Of a stretch of 64,000 bases of DNA, positions 50,548 through 63,539 are shown piece after piece (within the stretch, counting starts at the first letter, position 1; each line of letters opens with the position of its first letter). The translations under genes were made by a program, and so were the position numbers. The stretch covers positions 124,001-188,000 of the forward strand of contig JALDZS010000009.1 in assembly GCA_022813965.1 (NCBI GenBank). The letters run 5' to 3'. Under the pieces are notes generated by a model. It worked only from the letters and a program-made list of their open reading frames with translations, made no database searches and had not been told where the DNA came from. Source of the stretch: Toensbergia leucococca. Taxonomy: Eukaryota.

Positions 50548-52371
50548 GGGGGGGTAGGCTCTTTCGGCATGATTCTCCGTTTGAGCAGTTGCAGCTTGTT
50601 TTGTAATGTGAAAGATGACTCTTGGTGACACTAGCTCATCCTTCGGAGCTGGTTGTGCAAGACGTTGAGAGGAACTGGAGGAGGTTTGAGTCAATTATGA
50701 TTTTCTTCCTTGTTGTCAATTAGAACACGTTACGTTTGTAAAGCGCACTGATTTGGCCAAGTACCAGAAAAGCTTTCACAAGCAATTTCTTTAGTGTTTC
50801 TTTGTGGGCTGATGTAATAAGCGCCGGAATAAGCGCGGTGCATTGCACCCCGCGCTAAAGCAAATCAGGCTATATAAATCTGTGCTCTTCTCTTTCTTCT
50901 CAACAGGATCACCACACAGAAATCTACAGTGTTAGGCGCGCACTGTAAAAGCCAGAACAGAAACACAGCGTAACAAGGATCACTGTGCGTAATGGCACAA
51001 CTGGCATGGCGTTTCCAAAAGCTCTGATGACCTCTTTTTCATGGTTATTCAGAGTCGTTACCGCTGATGGTCTCTCACCAAGATCATCCAGCGTCGAAAC
51101 GATCCGTCTAGAGCGATTCTGTCACTTCTGTTTATTGAGGAGGTCTTCCCATTATTTCTTGCTGCATCTTAGCGAAAGCCATGACAGGTGCTACAGTCTA
51201 TCCCATGTGAAATAACACGTCTAATGCGCCATGGGATTTGATGGGATACAGGTTTTGATTGCTTGCGTTGTGAATTTCAATCGCATGTTTTTGATGAGAC
51301 CATCCAACTTCTTTGATCGATCTTCACATCTGAGCTTTGTTGACACTTCTTCATCATTTATGTTTTCCCATACTCGGCTTGCATCAATCACAAAAGTTCT
51401 CCCGACTGCCATTCCTGATTCCTTCCTTTGATCCATCCTATTCGCTGTTCCCCAGGAACTTTCCACTGCTTTTGGACTCTATCCTTCGTTTTCCTCTATT
51501 GTTTCCTTCTTCTCTTTGTTGTGAGATAGTAAATCCTACGCCCAGAAGATATTGGCCATTCCGTCGAAAAATGGCTAACATTTCTTCAAATATGACCCGT
51601 CACTCCGAGCAATTCATCATCACGAAGACTATCGAGCGCTAATGCGGTGAACATAGCAGCAAGGTAAGCCATAACATTTCCTTGCTTACTGATTCTACTA
51701 CTTATGTCTAATAATTCTTTAGGTAAACCAAAAATCACACTATCGGCTTCATATCATTGTCTACAACCTTAACTGAATATGCTGTTCTCTGGTGACCTGA
51801 GTCATTCCCGAACTAACTCGACGACGGTCATGGTGAACATCAGATGCAACCTTCTGCCGCCACATGAGCTTGAGGGAATATTTAAGAGATATGTTGAATT
51901 GCTGAACCATTCTTAGACTTTTCTCTGCTGCAGACACACTCTCTATAACTTATTGAAGAAACAGCGCTGACATGGAATAGACAGTCTTCCAATACTTCTA
52001 ATTTCCAATCAAACATTTAGCTTTTTCAACTCTGTGCGGCGAGAAAGTATAACACAATCAACCTTTTCCTACCATTTATATAACTAGCATTATGGACAAG
52101 AGAAGGCACTTGACAAGAAACGTCCTAACACTTTGGATAACCTAGCATCAAATTACGGTACCCAACGACGGCAAAAGAAGACTAACATCCTATTCCACCT
52201 ACCCCATCAACACCTCCAACTCCCCAAACCCAATCACCCCAACCCATCCTCATTCCTCCCCATCACCAATCCACCACCCGAAAAAACCGTGCAAAACGAC
52301 TCGATCATATCAAAACCAAATACCACGACCCACACCCCTCTCCCCAAAAAACCCCAATCGCACTCACCCCC

Positions 52372-52551
52372 CTACCGCCCCAAATAGCCCAACCCACACC
52401 CATACCCAGCAGAGCAACAAGCATCACAAGCCTGCTCCACAGCCTCAAAATCCCTATCCGTCCTGCCGCAGGTCAGAAAGTGAGGGCATTGATTGAACTG
52501 TACCATTTGCGTGTGGCCGCAGCGGAAGGTCCAGATGGTGCTTTGGCACAT
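52372..52551 (-). CDS. Small Cys/His protein, array member H (59 aa; absent from the supplied ORF track)
   Basis: Hand translation: MCQSTIWTFRCGHTQMVQFNQCPHFLTCGRTDRDFEAVEQACDACCSAGYGCGLGYLGR*. Full pattern; poly-A run before the ATG. Confidence 0.75.
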   Translation of the reverse strand: MCQSTIWTFRCGHTQMVQFNQCPHFLTCGRTDRDFEAVEQACDACCSAGYGCGLGYLGR

Positions 52552-52945
52552 TTTTTTTTTGTGATTCTGTTCTTGCTCTTTCCTTTTTCTTTTCCTTTTT
52601 CTTTTTCTTTTTTTTGGGGGGTTTGTGGGGTTGGGATCGGCGGTTTGGGGGGTGAGAGTTGTTGTGAAGTTGGGATGATGAGGTTTGGGGAGGGGATGTT
52701 TTATAGTTTATGCTGGGCAGGAATTTGTCTTAGTTTGGGGGTTAGGGGATCAAAGAGAAATGAAAGGGAAGGAAAGGGGCATGATTTTTTCTGTGTGAAT
52801 CATTCCAGATTTAGTCAGGTAGGTACCTCCATCCATTGTTTGACATTGTTGCCCTTGGAAAATAATAGCCTTTGTTGTGCCCCTCAAAGGGATTTTTTGT
52901 ATGAACTTGTTCTGATTCATGGTCGGGGATAGATAAAGAAGTCAA

Positions 52946-53156
52946 TACCCCGGGCCTTTGATGCTGCATAATACCGTTTGTTATATCTCTTTTCATTTTT
53001 TCTTTGTATGTGAGAGGATATTGGTGTGAGGGTTGGATTATGTGTGGTTTCTTACCCCGAGCCTTTGATGCTGCATAATACCGTTTGTTATCTCTTTTCA
53101 TTTTTTCTTTGTATGTGAGATGGGCCTGAGGTTTGGACAAGGTGTGTGTTTTTTCT
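52946..53156. repeat. Two-copy tandem duplication (~105-bp unit)
   Basis: taccccg(g/a)gcctttgatgctgcataataccgtttgtta(ta)tctcttttcattttttctttgtatgtgaga occurs at 52946 and 53053; the copies differ by a 2-nt indel. Confidence 0.9.
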
Positions 53157-54769
53157 GACACCGACGTTTTCTTTGTGTTAGGAATGGTGTCCATTTCTTA
53201 TGCGTTGGCGCTGGGGATTTTTCCTATGGGTTCGTTTGGGGTGTGGTTTTGATTATTGAGATGGTGTGGGGAGTGGGAAGTGGGGGATTGGAAAGATTGT
53301 TGTGTGTTTTGTCGCCAATTGGGGGAGTGCGATTGGGAGATATAATCCAGCAGAGACAGCTGAAAAATATATCATTTGGACTTTCGGGGGTAAAAGTAAA
53401 AGTTCATATCCCGATGCGAACAGAATGATAAAGTGTTATTCTAGCGCATCAGACTCTTGATATAAACTACCTAGTCTTTGAGCCCTGCCAGTGATTCGAT
53501 TTAGGGAATGTCAGCTCAGGTATGGGAATCGAGGAAAGCAAATGCCATGTCCTGAGCCACTATAGACGGCTCAGGATCAAAGGGTGTCAACGGTAGCATT
53601 TGCTTAACACAGGTGCAAGCAGTTGGAGTCTGCATTAGAAGTTACCTATGCAATGACTTGGAGCGCAACAAAGGAAAAACGGAACAAGGGCGGCAGATGT
53701 TGAAGTCTCTGCTTCTGGTTGTAGAATTTGACAAAGAATGCTTTATATTTACGCCATTGTGACATGGTGTTGAGATCTTTCGCAGGCCCCGTTGGAGAGA
53801 CTGAGATATCTTTTCCTTTGATAGCTAGATGTCCATACATTACCATCCCCCCACGTCGTCATGATGCCTCCATCCCTCGATATTTTCACTACCATCAGCC
53901 CGCATCTGTACTTCTTATTCACTTGGCTCTCGATACGCGATTTTCCAATCACACTCTTTCACTCCCCTTCCGCGGCAGTGTGTACCCCAGTAGTCAGTCA
54001 TCTCCCTCTTATTTTTGAGGAAATCACTGTTATGAGACGCTGGAGCCGAATCTTGATTTCGTTCCGATGTGTCGCACTGTTGACGGCATCATTGACCATG
54101 GTCCTAAGTGTCCAGTGGACACAATTAGGAAGAGATGTGAATGGGACACATAGAATTCTAGGTGCGAGTTGTTAATTTACTTCATCAATAGCGAAGCTAG
54201 TAAGGCCTTGGTAATGTGTCCCTTCGTCGCACTTGATCGTTAAGCACCGCTTACAATGCGACCAATACTTATTACTATTAGAAGGGAAAACTCGAGCAAC
54301 AAATGTCAAACTTGTGCACCAATTTTAGTATGAGTTGATCTTCCAACACCCACCGCCCGGATTGACCGAGCTGTACCGCAGCGACCGTTGAGGCTGATCT
54401 AAAATCCAATTGGCGAGACACTCATCCGAAAATCATATTTGTTCTTGCAGACATGAGTTTTCCAGCCTTTCGTCTTCATTGTCCCATTAATTTTGCAGTC
54501 CAAATGCCTCCCCAATTAGCTCGTCAGGGTCGTAGATCAATAGCAATCTACCAGATCTGTTGATGAGCCTGAGAATCGAGGCCAGGACCTAAGTGTCGTA
54601 TTCAAGCCTGATTAGACTACATGATATTCCTACATCCAGACCACCTTTCCGGGGCTTCGGGTGACGTGAGGCATAGCTTACGCCACTCGCAAGCTTGTTG
54701 CTGGTCGTAGAGCTGGAGAGGTACAGTCTCAAGTCTTAGATGACATGTTGAATCCGAAAGGAGACGCTT

Positions 54770-57700
54770 TCAGTCTTTCTTACCCTTCTCGCCGTCTGGA
54801 AGCAAAACCGAGTCTTCAGAAGAATCCGAAGTGGAGATGACATGGAAGGAAAAGTCGACAACACCGACGAGAGATTTAATATTCCTATGCTTTGTGAACA
54901 ATCATTCGTTACTGGACGGAATCACCTACGTTATGAGCTTCTCAAGATCCTGACTGATTAAGCTACTTGCAACTTGCATAACCGCAAAAGCAGAGTATCC
55001 AGGTTCCGCAATGTGATTGATGCTGAGTATATCTGCATCCATTGCCTCTAATCGTTGGCTCAGACGGAACGCTGGTGGTGCTGCTAGATATGGAGGAAGG
55101 GGGTTGCCGTTTGTCACAGCGGCTGAGAGAAGAGAAAGCATCGACGTGACCTCCTGGGATGTGAGATTGATAGAATTGATTACTCGGCTAAAGTCTCTGG
55201 CCCAGGATTTCTGGTCAGGAGAGGGTTCCGCAATACTGGAAAAGCAACGGGTCGAATAAATGATCAAAGCGATGTAATTATTTATGCTGAATACCTTGGT
55301 CAGCAGATTATCAATTTCAGCAAGCACAACAAGCTTACTTGGCCACTTGCTGAATTATGGCATCGTATTGCTTCTTTGGGAACTTCCCTCCAAACGTTGG
55401 TTCCCACGCAGTGAAGGCCGAATGTTGCCGGAGGCCTGTCAGTAGGACCAGTTCTTTTTCAAACACCTTCCTTCGCGCCTTATCAAGCTTTCGACCAGGA
55501 CTGTTCTTGTCGTTCATGTCGCCTTCAGCACCATTAAGACGCATGCCCACGGTAGTGTGCGCGCAGGAATAAAAATTCGCGAGCAGATACAGCGACGCTC
55601 CGAGGTCCTTCCGAAGCTCTGATCGATCGGTGATGGGGTACGGGAAGAATGTCCAAATGAAAGCAACGGCCATGCCTCCAGCAACACATGCCAGCCTATA
55701 AGGCGCAAGCTCGTAGATTGGATAAACTGGTTGCCCGCTGCTCTCGGAAGCCTGCCCTTCCATGTCAATAACAGCGTACAAGTAATACTACGGAAAAATC
55801 ACTAACCTTAACGCCTATCTTCCGAGTATTGATCTCGTATCCAATGATCAAGACCTGGGTAACCATTGACAAGAGTACAATGATCGTAAAACGAGGGTAC
55901 TTCAACAGGAAGTAGAACTCGCAGAACATAAAAAACCAGATCATAGGTATAATACCGGCGGTCTTGCCGTCCACAATATACCAAATGATTAGACTAGTAC
56001 ACATTGCGACGCCTTCCAGGCGGCTGGTCAGTTCCATGTGCAAAGGGTGGATGTAGCAGCTACGCTATGGAAGCCACTTACTTGTTCCTGCAATTCGACC
56101 AATGAACCCGAATACACCAGACCCTGCGGTGGTGGTCATGCCGATTGATACCATAATCATGGCCCAGACAAGTCGCTGTTGAACAAAGAATCTTTGTGAA
56201 TTTCCAAGAAAAGCAACAATGCCAATCGACAAGGTCGCACACGCTACACGAAATCCGAACGCGGACTCTGGACTTGCTAGTACATGAGAGATACTTCGGA
56301 TACCATTGCCAAACCGCTCCCAGGCGTTAGCAGCAGGTAAATGTTCGGGATCCTTTCTCGCCTGAAGGGCTTCTCCGGCGTAGATTGCGGTACGTCCGGC
56401 CTCGGCGGCGTCGGGAGTATGGTCTGAAGTTGAGTCTTCGGCTACAAGCATATTCTTGACCCATTTCTTTATGAGTTTTTCACGTGGAACAATCAAGCGC
56501 TTCTTCTTTAAAGTCCCATCCTCAACTTTTCGATCGGCAAAAAGTACAAGATCAAGAACAGCTTTGCCAGTGGACCAGAGGAGAAATTCCATCTGGATAA
56601 GTCAGTAGTCAGAAAATACCATATCATTGCACGTGATTGTGTAGAGATGTTGGAAATGAACGGTTGAAGAACACGACTAGAGGAGAAGCTCATCACTTAC
56701 GTAGAGAATTAGATATAACTGTCTTTGGGCATGTTGATGCTCTGAATTTTCGGTACTCTCAAATTCAAGATCTGTATCTCCCTGTGCCGGGTTGCCGACC
56801 ACGTTCGCAGGAACGTCGACTCCCCTTTGCTCGCACCACGTTTTTGCAGTCGATTTTCGTTGCTCATAAAAATCGTCAATTTTATTGCTCAAGTAGTTTG
56901 CAAAACCTGCTTCGCCAGGCTTGACAAGATCACCCTGAGCTTCAACATCCGTAGTATCTTGTGTCTCTTTGCCGCTAAGTTTGACTTTATCCTTTTTAGG
57001 TGGTTTCGCGAGCTCGAGCACGAAAGTGGCATGCTGCAGTCCACCAATCATCGACTTTGTCATTGCTACGAAGGGACCATGCAAGGTCTTCATTATCTCA
57101 CTCCACTGCTCTTTCTCTTTCTCCTTTGTTTCTTCGGTGACATCGGCATCCAATAGGTCGAAACTCGACGCGTCTGCTTCGGAGGTATTCCAACCTCGCC
57201 TTTCAGCCAGTCGCTCAAAGATATCAACCACAGAGCCCATGCCAAGGACAGGTAGCAACATGCCTCGGAAGAGTCGATAGATCTCATCGAGATCTGCAGC
57301 ACCGAGCTTCCCATAGGCAACTTCTCGCTTGGCAAACGTCAGATCACCACGTATCTTGCCATGAAGCTCTCCCACAGCTCGCATAGCAGCTCTCAACTCC
57401 TCGGCTTCTGGATTTGTCTGAGGCTTTACCTTTTCTTTAGCATTTGGTGGAAACGGGGGTTTCAAGTCGCCATTAGTCCCATTCTGACCCTTAATAGTGT
57501 CAGGGCCACCAAATACACGCTTGTTCTCCAAGCTCTTCATGAAATCTGCTTGAGCTTTTAGTGTCTTTTGAAGAGCACCAAGATAACCTGCTGCTTGCTT
57601 GAAAGTTACAGTCCTTGAATTCATTGGAAACACAAATAGTGACACGCCAGCCGCAAGGCCAAAACCAGTCAAGAAAGTCTCTAATAATCTTTTGACTGTG

Positions 57701-58657
57701 CATGATAAGTATGATCCAGAAAAAGCTTGCTCGGATATCTTACCGAAAGCTATTCCCTCTGCCATTGTCTCAAACTGTGGTGCATATGTCCCAGCAACTA
57801 ACCTCGTAATCAGCAAATCCGTGCATGCATCGGATACTATATCAGACTCGGCGCTCACCGTTAGTAAAGATGGAATACATAACAGCGGGAAATTGCAGCT
57901 GAGGTCTTGATGCTCGAAGGCTAAGATAGTAGATTAGAAAGACATCATTTGCACTAGATCCTTGGTTGAGCATACGTATTGATGCAGTATATGCTGAAGA
58001 ATAGCCAAATCGCCGAGACAGCGGATGCCGAAGAGTTGTACGGGGCCACCTTAGCCCCAGGACTCGGTCCTCCAGATGATGGCTGGGTTGCGCGGGTGGT
58101 ATGAGCGCGGGCCTGGACGCTGCAGTAGACGACAAGAAGAGCAATGGCCGCGCCAATGCATATACCGATCTGCAAGGGATCAATTATCAGGACATTTAAC
58201 GTAGGATAGTAGATCTCACAATGTTGAGGGACATTGTCTGAATGAACTTTGCTCTAGGTAAGATAGCAAAAGACAGGAGCGATTCAATGGCAACTAGATA
58301 GCCGAGTGTCAAGTATGTTTCGGCAACGGGAGTGGCCTGGTACCTAGGTGAAGATTTAGCGTAATCACAAAGGCAGTGCTGAGCAGACTTGATACATTGC
58401 TAATGCGATGGTTGGAGGTAGAGCTCCTCTGTGTTGATTAGCATATGCTGGTAAGGCGGCATGAGCATCGGATACTTTGCCATGGTCATAAGCATGCCGA
58501 CATTGAGACCGGTGGCATCCCACAGCCTCTTTGATAGAAGGGCCTTTTTAGGAGGGGCTTCGGGAGCATCTTCTTGTCTCTTACCATCGTCCTCGGATGA
58601 TGTGACTTTGTGGGATGATTCAGTCGCGGACTGTAGGCCGGGTGGAGAGTCAGCCAT
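54770..58657 (-). CDS. Large multi-pass membrane protein, FUSC / aromatic-acid-exporter (ArAE_2, Bre4-like) family, multi-exon
   Basis: ARAHTT, RDPEHLP-like RKDPEHLP, SAFGFRVACATLSIGI, QRLVWAMIM, RLACVAGG, WEPTFGGKFP, PLPPYL, EPGYSAFAV and terminal LVGVVDFSFHV..KKD*. Confidence 0.88.
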
Positions 58658-59099
58658 GGGGGCGGGATGGGTTAGATTGGGATCATAGAAGATGGGACAG
58701 TCGACATTGGCTGATACGTCTACTTGTTCTAGTAGAATAGGTAGACAGTCCTCGAGTGGGGAAATATTCCGTACTCTGTGAATATTCTAGAACTAGCGGA
58801 TCGCGGATGACGGCGGAGCTGCATAAACATGAGGCCGGAGGTTTCAGCCCTGTGTTCCAACACGTTGGCATCCTCCATCCAACATTTAAATGCAACAAAG
58901 GCCATGAAAGGTAAGGTGGGGACTTGCTCCAGTCCCGTCCTTCCCTCATAATTGCTGCATCAACTCAATCCGTGATATCCCCATCCAGTGTACTTCAATC
59001 TTAACATCGGTCCATTAGCCCAAGCCAAAGAGTCGCCTATTATACACCACCTATCTTTCACAAGCTCCAGTATCCGTCCGCGAAGACTTAGAATAAAAT

Positions 59100-60292
59100 A
59101 TGTCTCTACCACTCGTGTCAGAGCCAATAGGCTACTTTCCCTTCATGCGTCTTCCTAGGGGTCAGTTTTCCTCAATCTTTTTGTACAACTCCCATTGTGA
59201 CGGACCATCAAATCGAGCCTCCCTTGTGGCTTGGAAAGAAACTACCTCCACCTGAAAATGTGTATTTGTGCATTGTTTACCTGGAAGTCCTAAGCATAAG
59301 AATTCTGCTTGCCTCAACAACACTCGCCATCTGGATACATTCTGACTTTGATACAGAAATCCGCGATATCGTGTATGAGGAACTTCTCGTTACCTCATGT
59401 ACCCAGCCTGGAGTGCCTAAAAAGTCCTTGAACTCACAATTCTACGCAGCCCCGTTCGCCCGCGTACTTGAAGCATCTAGAACTATCTATACCGAAGCCA
59501 TTGGCATTCTTTACGCTCATAATATCTTCAGCACGCTAAATATTCGAGCAAATGACAACATTGTTTGCTTTCTGGACAAGAGTTTTATTGGAAAGCCCTC
59601 AACACGAGGATATTCCGCCGGGCATACTATTGAACCAGATTGGTCCAAAATCTGGGAGAATTGTCATCAGGCTGTGTCTGATGACGTGGCCAAGATCTAC
59701 GACGAGGATGCAAGAAACCTCCCAGAATGGCTTTTTGGGGAACTCTCGGATGCCGATTTCCAACGTGAGATTATAAATGCTAACGGAAGGGCCCACTTAC
59801 GTCATGTATGGCATTACGGCCTTGGTGGAGATCAAATTGATCTTCCGCCATTTCTCCGCCAAATTGGTCCATTGAACGCGGCGAGAATTGAGAGTATTCA
59901 GATTTGTTTTAGAGACCTAGAACGAACGCGTTGTCAATTCCCCTTTTTTGCTGAGGTCTTGAAGCAACACGTCCGTTCCCTGAAGAAGCTAAAAATAGGT
60001 AAGACGGTTGTGGAATCTGGGCACTTTAAGTGATTGGGGATTGATTGGTCTCATAGATTTCAATACACGGGAATTGAAGTTTAAGAAGAAACTAGAATTC
60101 CTAACCTATATTCTAGATGCATTGTTTGCAGACCTAAGGCAACTTTTCAAAGACCTTCCTCGTCTTGAGAGCCTGGAGCTTCGTGACCACGGTCGCGAAG
60201 TAAAGAATCTCAGCGAGGCTTTCATGGAAGAACGGCGTACAGGGAATTTGGCTGATATTCGAAACGTACTATTGTCCGGCTACAGTGCTTAA
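59100..60292 (+). CDS. Protein with N-terminal F-box-like motif
   Basis: MSLPLVSEPIGYFPFMRLPR, intron 59161-59356, EIRDIVYEELLV..IYTEAIGILYAHNIF..FLRQIGPLNAARI; second intron near 59999-60057. Confidence 0.75.
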
Positions 60293-60339
60293 GCATAAAT
60301 TTCTGGCAAGAATCACAAGTCGTATTTGACCCACCTAAG

Positions 60340-60782
60340 TTTCGTTTCCTCCAAATCTAACACCTCTTCACCTACAACGCCAAAAACCCATGGGCCCTCG
60401 GCTGGCTTAATAGCTACCGCTTCGTCGCCTTCTTCCGCAAAATCGGCCCCAAACGCCGCCCGGATAAAACGCTTCCACATCAGCGGCTACACGGTCAAAC
60501 AACTCAAAGACCTCAAGGACGTGCCAACTCGGGTCTTCAAGCAGCACCTCCCCGGCCTCCGGCACGTACATTGTTGAAGTTTGCGTTCTGGATGGAACCG
60601 TGGGGTGCGAACAAGACTTTTTTTTCGTTTTTTGCGGAGACCCGTTTGTGGGCAAAGTTGAGACTTTGAGGTTTTTTGGGCTGTGCAGCGAGTGGAATTT
60701 TAGGGATCAATATTGGAGGGCTAAGAGGGCTTTTTGGAAATTGCAGGAGGAGGTGGGGAAAAGGGGGGAGGTGGAGTTGGGG
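60340..60782 (+). pseudogene. Degenerate fragment paralogous to the upstream F-box-like gene
   Basis: Reads FVAFFRKIGP / frameshift / NAARIKRFHI..RVFKQHLPGLRHV, versus LPPFLRQIGPLNAARIESIQI..EVLKQHVRSLKKL upstream. Confidence 0.6.
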
Positions 60783-62289
60783 GTGGCGAGGGCGATGTGG
60801 TAGGGGTAGGGTTTTGGAGAGGACAATGAGGTGGCTGTGTACGGAACGGGAAATGGATTGGGTTGAATGGTGGGTTTTGGGAAGGAGAAGATGAGGTCAA
60901 TGTGAATGGAATGGAAGCGTAAATGTCGTAAGTTTTTTTCCTTTGGCCCCATTCAAGAAAGGTGAATTTGCACAGATATTTAATAGCCTACCTATGGGAT
61001 CTTTGAACAAAGGAAACACCGTCGCTTGAAGAATTACAAATCCGGGAGTCATCTTCTTTCCACGTCCCATCACCCCATCCCCCATCCCCCATCCAGCACA
61101 AAAAAACCCAAGAAAATCTCCAGACCTTTCCCCCTTCACCAACACCCTCTCAACCTCATCCCCATCCAAACAGAAAAATCCCAAAAAACCCGCCTCTTCC
61201 CCCCCCAAAACAACAAAAATCTTCCCCCCAAAATCCCCCATTCCCCCTCCCAACAAAAACCCACCCCCCAAACCACCTCACCTTACCTCACCAATCCCCC
61301 ATCTCCCTCCATGCACAACAATACGCAATCCCACAAACCGTTCAAAAAACAAAACATCTCACACCCCATCTATATCCCGACATTTGACCGGAGTCACGAT
61401 AGCAGAAGGGTGGTGTTGAGTTTGTTAAGGATAGGTATTGGGGTTGGGAGGATTGGATGCAGTGGGAGGGGGGGCAAAGTGGGGTTAGGGGTATGATATG
61501 GAGGGGTGGTCTTGAACGGGGGGAGGGAGGGGGGATTGTTGTGGGCTGTGGTGTTTTGGATGGGGGTGTTTTTGGGCTGAGGTGTTTTGGGATGGGGGGG
61601 AGGGTGGTAGTGTAGGGGCGGGAAACGTGAAGTGCATGATGAGAGCGGACTTTTGGGGGGTGGGGGGTTGTGTGCAAATGAAATAAACAGCTCTGACTAA
61701 TGGTGTGGGCATCGGTACGGTGATGCGTGAGACCTACGAGGGAGATAGAATGCAATCTCAGCTGCTCGCTGGACCGAGCATGTGGTTTTGAATAGAATGG
61801 TAATTCCTAATCTTCTACCCCTAGCACCCCCGTCTCTCAAGCTGCCGTGTGCCATAATATTGCAAATATCTAGGGGGAAATAAAATAGAAATGCTCGCTC
61901 AAGCTTTACCTGGAGCACACAATCCAACCTCAATAAATACCTTGGCCATAAATAAGAAGCCACATCCTACCTTCTGGGTCGTCGCTTCTAGTCTATCGAA
62001 TTCTAGAGCGGTAGAATGGGGGTAGCGGGTAAATTAGGTTTTCGTTGCTGGAGGTATAAGTCTCAGGACCTGAATGGAGGAAGTTCAAGGGATCTGAGTA
62101 ATATATTGTAGAATAAGAATAAATGTCCGTCTAGATGGAGTACCACATAGGCATCGAGAAAGACGTGGTCTTAGATTGTAGTTCGTAGTTGAGATGTTAT
62201 AGATCACTGTTTCGATTTGGCCTGGGCCCAATTCCGAAGAGAATCCATTTCCTGATAGATTCCAGGGACATCGCTTATCTTCACGGCCC

Positions 62290-63539
62290 TCATGTTGTCG
62301 GGAACCAATCATTATCATCCCAATCTCCAAGATCGCCAACATTCTCGTCTCCAATATCGAGATCCCCTGTACCCCCTGTGGTAAACTCGCCGGGATCATA
62401 CATGTCATCGAAACTTGATTCGATTAGCGCTGCGTCACTAGGACCCTGAGCGGCTGTCGGCCCAATTTCCATACTAGTGGCTTGCGGGACCATGGCAGGA
62501 TTCTCGAATGATGTCGTTGTAGGCAGTACATCAATCATTGAAAAGTCTTCTCCTGCATTGACGTAATTTTCCAAGCCAGGTAAGAGAGTATTGATATCTT
62601 CATTTGATGTAGAGTTGAGATTCCCTATGTCAACAGCATCGTTATTTAAGACGTTGAATGAATTATCATCCAACATTTCTTGGCTGATATTAGCATCGAT
62701 GGAAAAGTCAAGGTCAAAGTCTGTGTCCCCAGTGTTAGTAGTATCCAGAATGGACTCAAAGGTGGCATCTTCGAGGTCTCCCGTGGCAGGAATTGTCGAT
62801 GACTGCTCTGGTACAGTGGCAATCTCTCTGGTATCTCGCTGGGTATTTGGTAAAGCACCTTGTGTAGTTGCCGTCGAAATCGCATCGATGGTTTCCGGAA
62901 GCACATTAGGTTCATAGGTAGATTCGAGATTGTTTTGAGCCATGGTATAGGACGCTTTTGTGGGCCTGGCGATATTGGGATCATGCGCATGAGGTTCCTG
63001 AATGCCCTCCATTGCGCTTGGCTCTACATCCTCGGACTTTCCAGTGTCCATATCATTGTCAACTTTGATATGTCCTGTTACGCTGTCCTTGCTGAGTTGT
63101 TTTTCTTTCTTGGCGTCACTAGAGCTGCGTGCTTTCATGACACCTGCAGCTCGCTCCCGTTCCGCACGTCGTTCTCTAATAAGTGCTAGATCCCGTTCTA
63201 TAACCGACTTTGCTCGCACCTAGAACAACGATTAGCCGATAGTGCAATACAAGACAGGACTGTGGTACTAGTAGGGCTTACAATCTCAATTTCAATCTCA
63301 TCTAGAACTTCCTGAAACTTTCGATCAGCTGATGGGATGACCCGATTGATATGCTCCTTTGCGAACAAAGTATTCTTGGGATCGTGCAAGGAAGGGTTAC
63401 GGAAGAATTTGCCAGTTTCTTTGAGCTACATTCCAGTCAGTATTAGGTGTTATATTATGTACTCGATGATACTCACTACATAGCCCAGTACCATTGGCAG
63501 CACGTCGAGGGGCCTCCCTAATGTTTGAAGTTCCGTCAT
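62290..63539 (-). CDS. Hypothetical protein with N-terminal helical region and long acidic low-complexity tail (possibly Mediator Med2-like)
   Basis: Three exons: MTELQ..MVLGY / LKETGKFF..FQEVLDEIEIEI / VRAKSVIERDL..DINTLLPGLENYVN..DWFPTT*. The Med2 idea is only a resemblance in layout. Confidence 0.65.

Noticed and set aside
53550..53576. Perfect 9-bp hairpin TCCTGAGCC/GGCTCAGGA
   Set aside because: Too short, no TSD or second copy, and compatible with chance in 64 kb.
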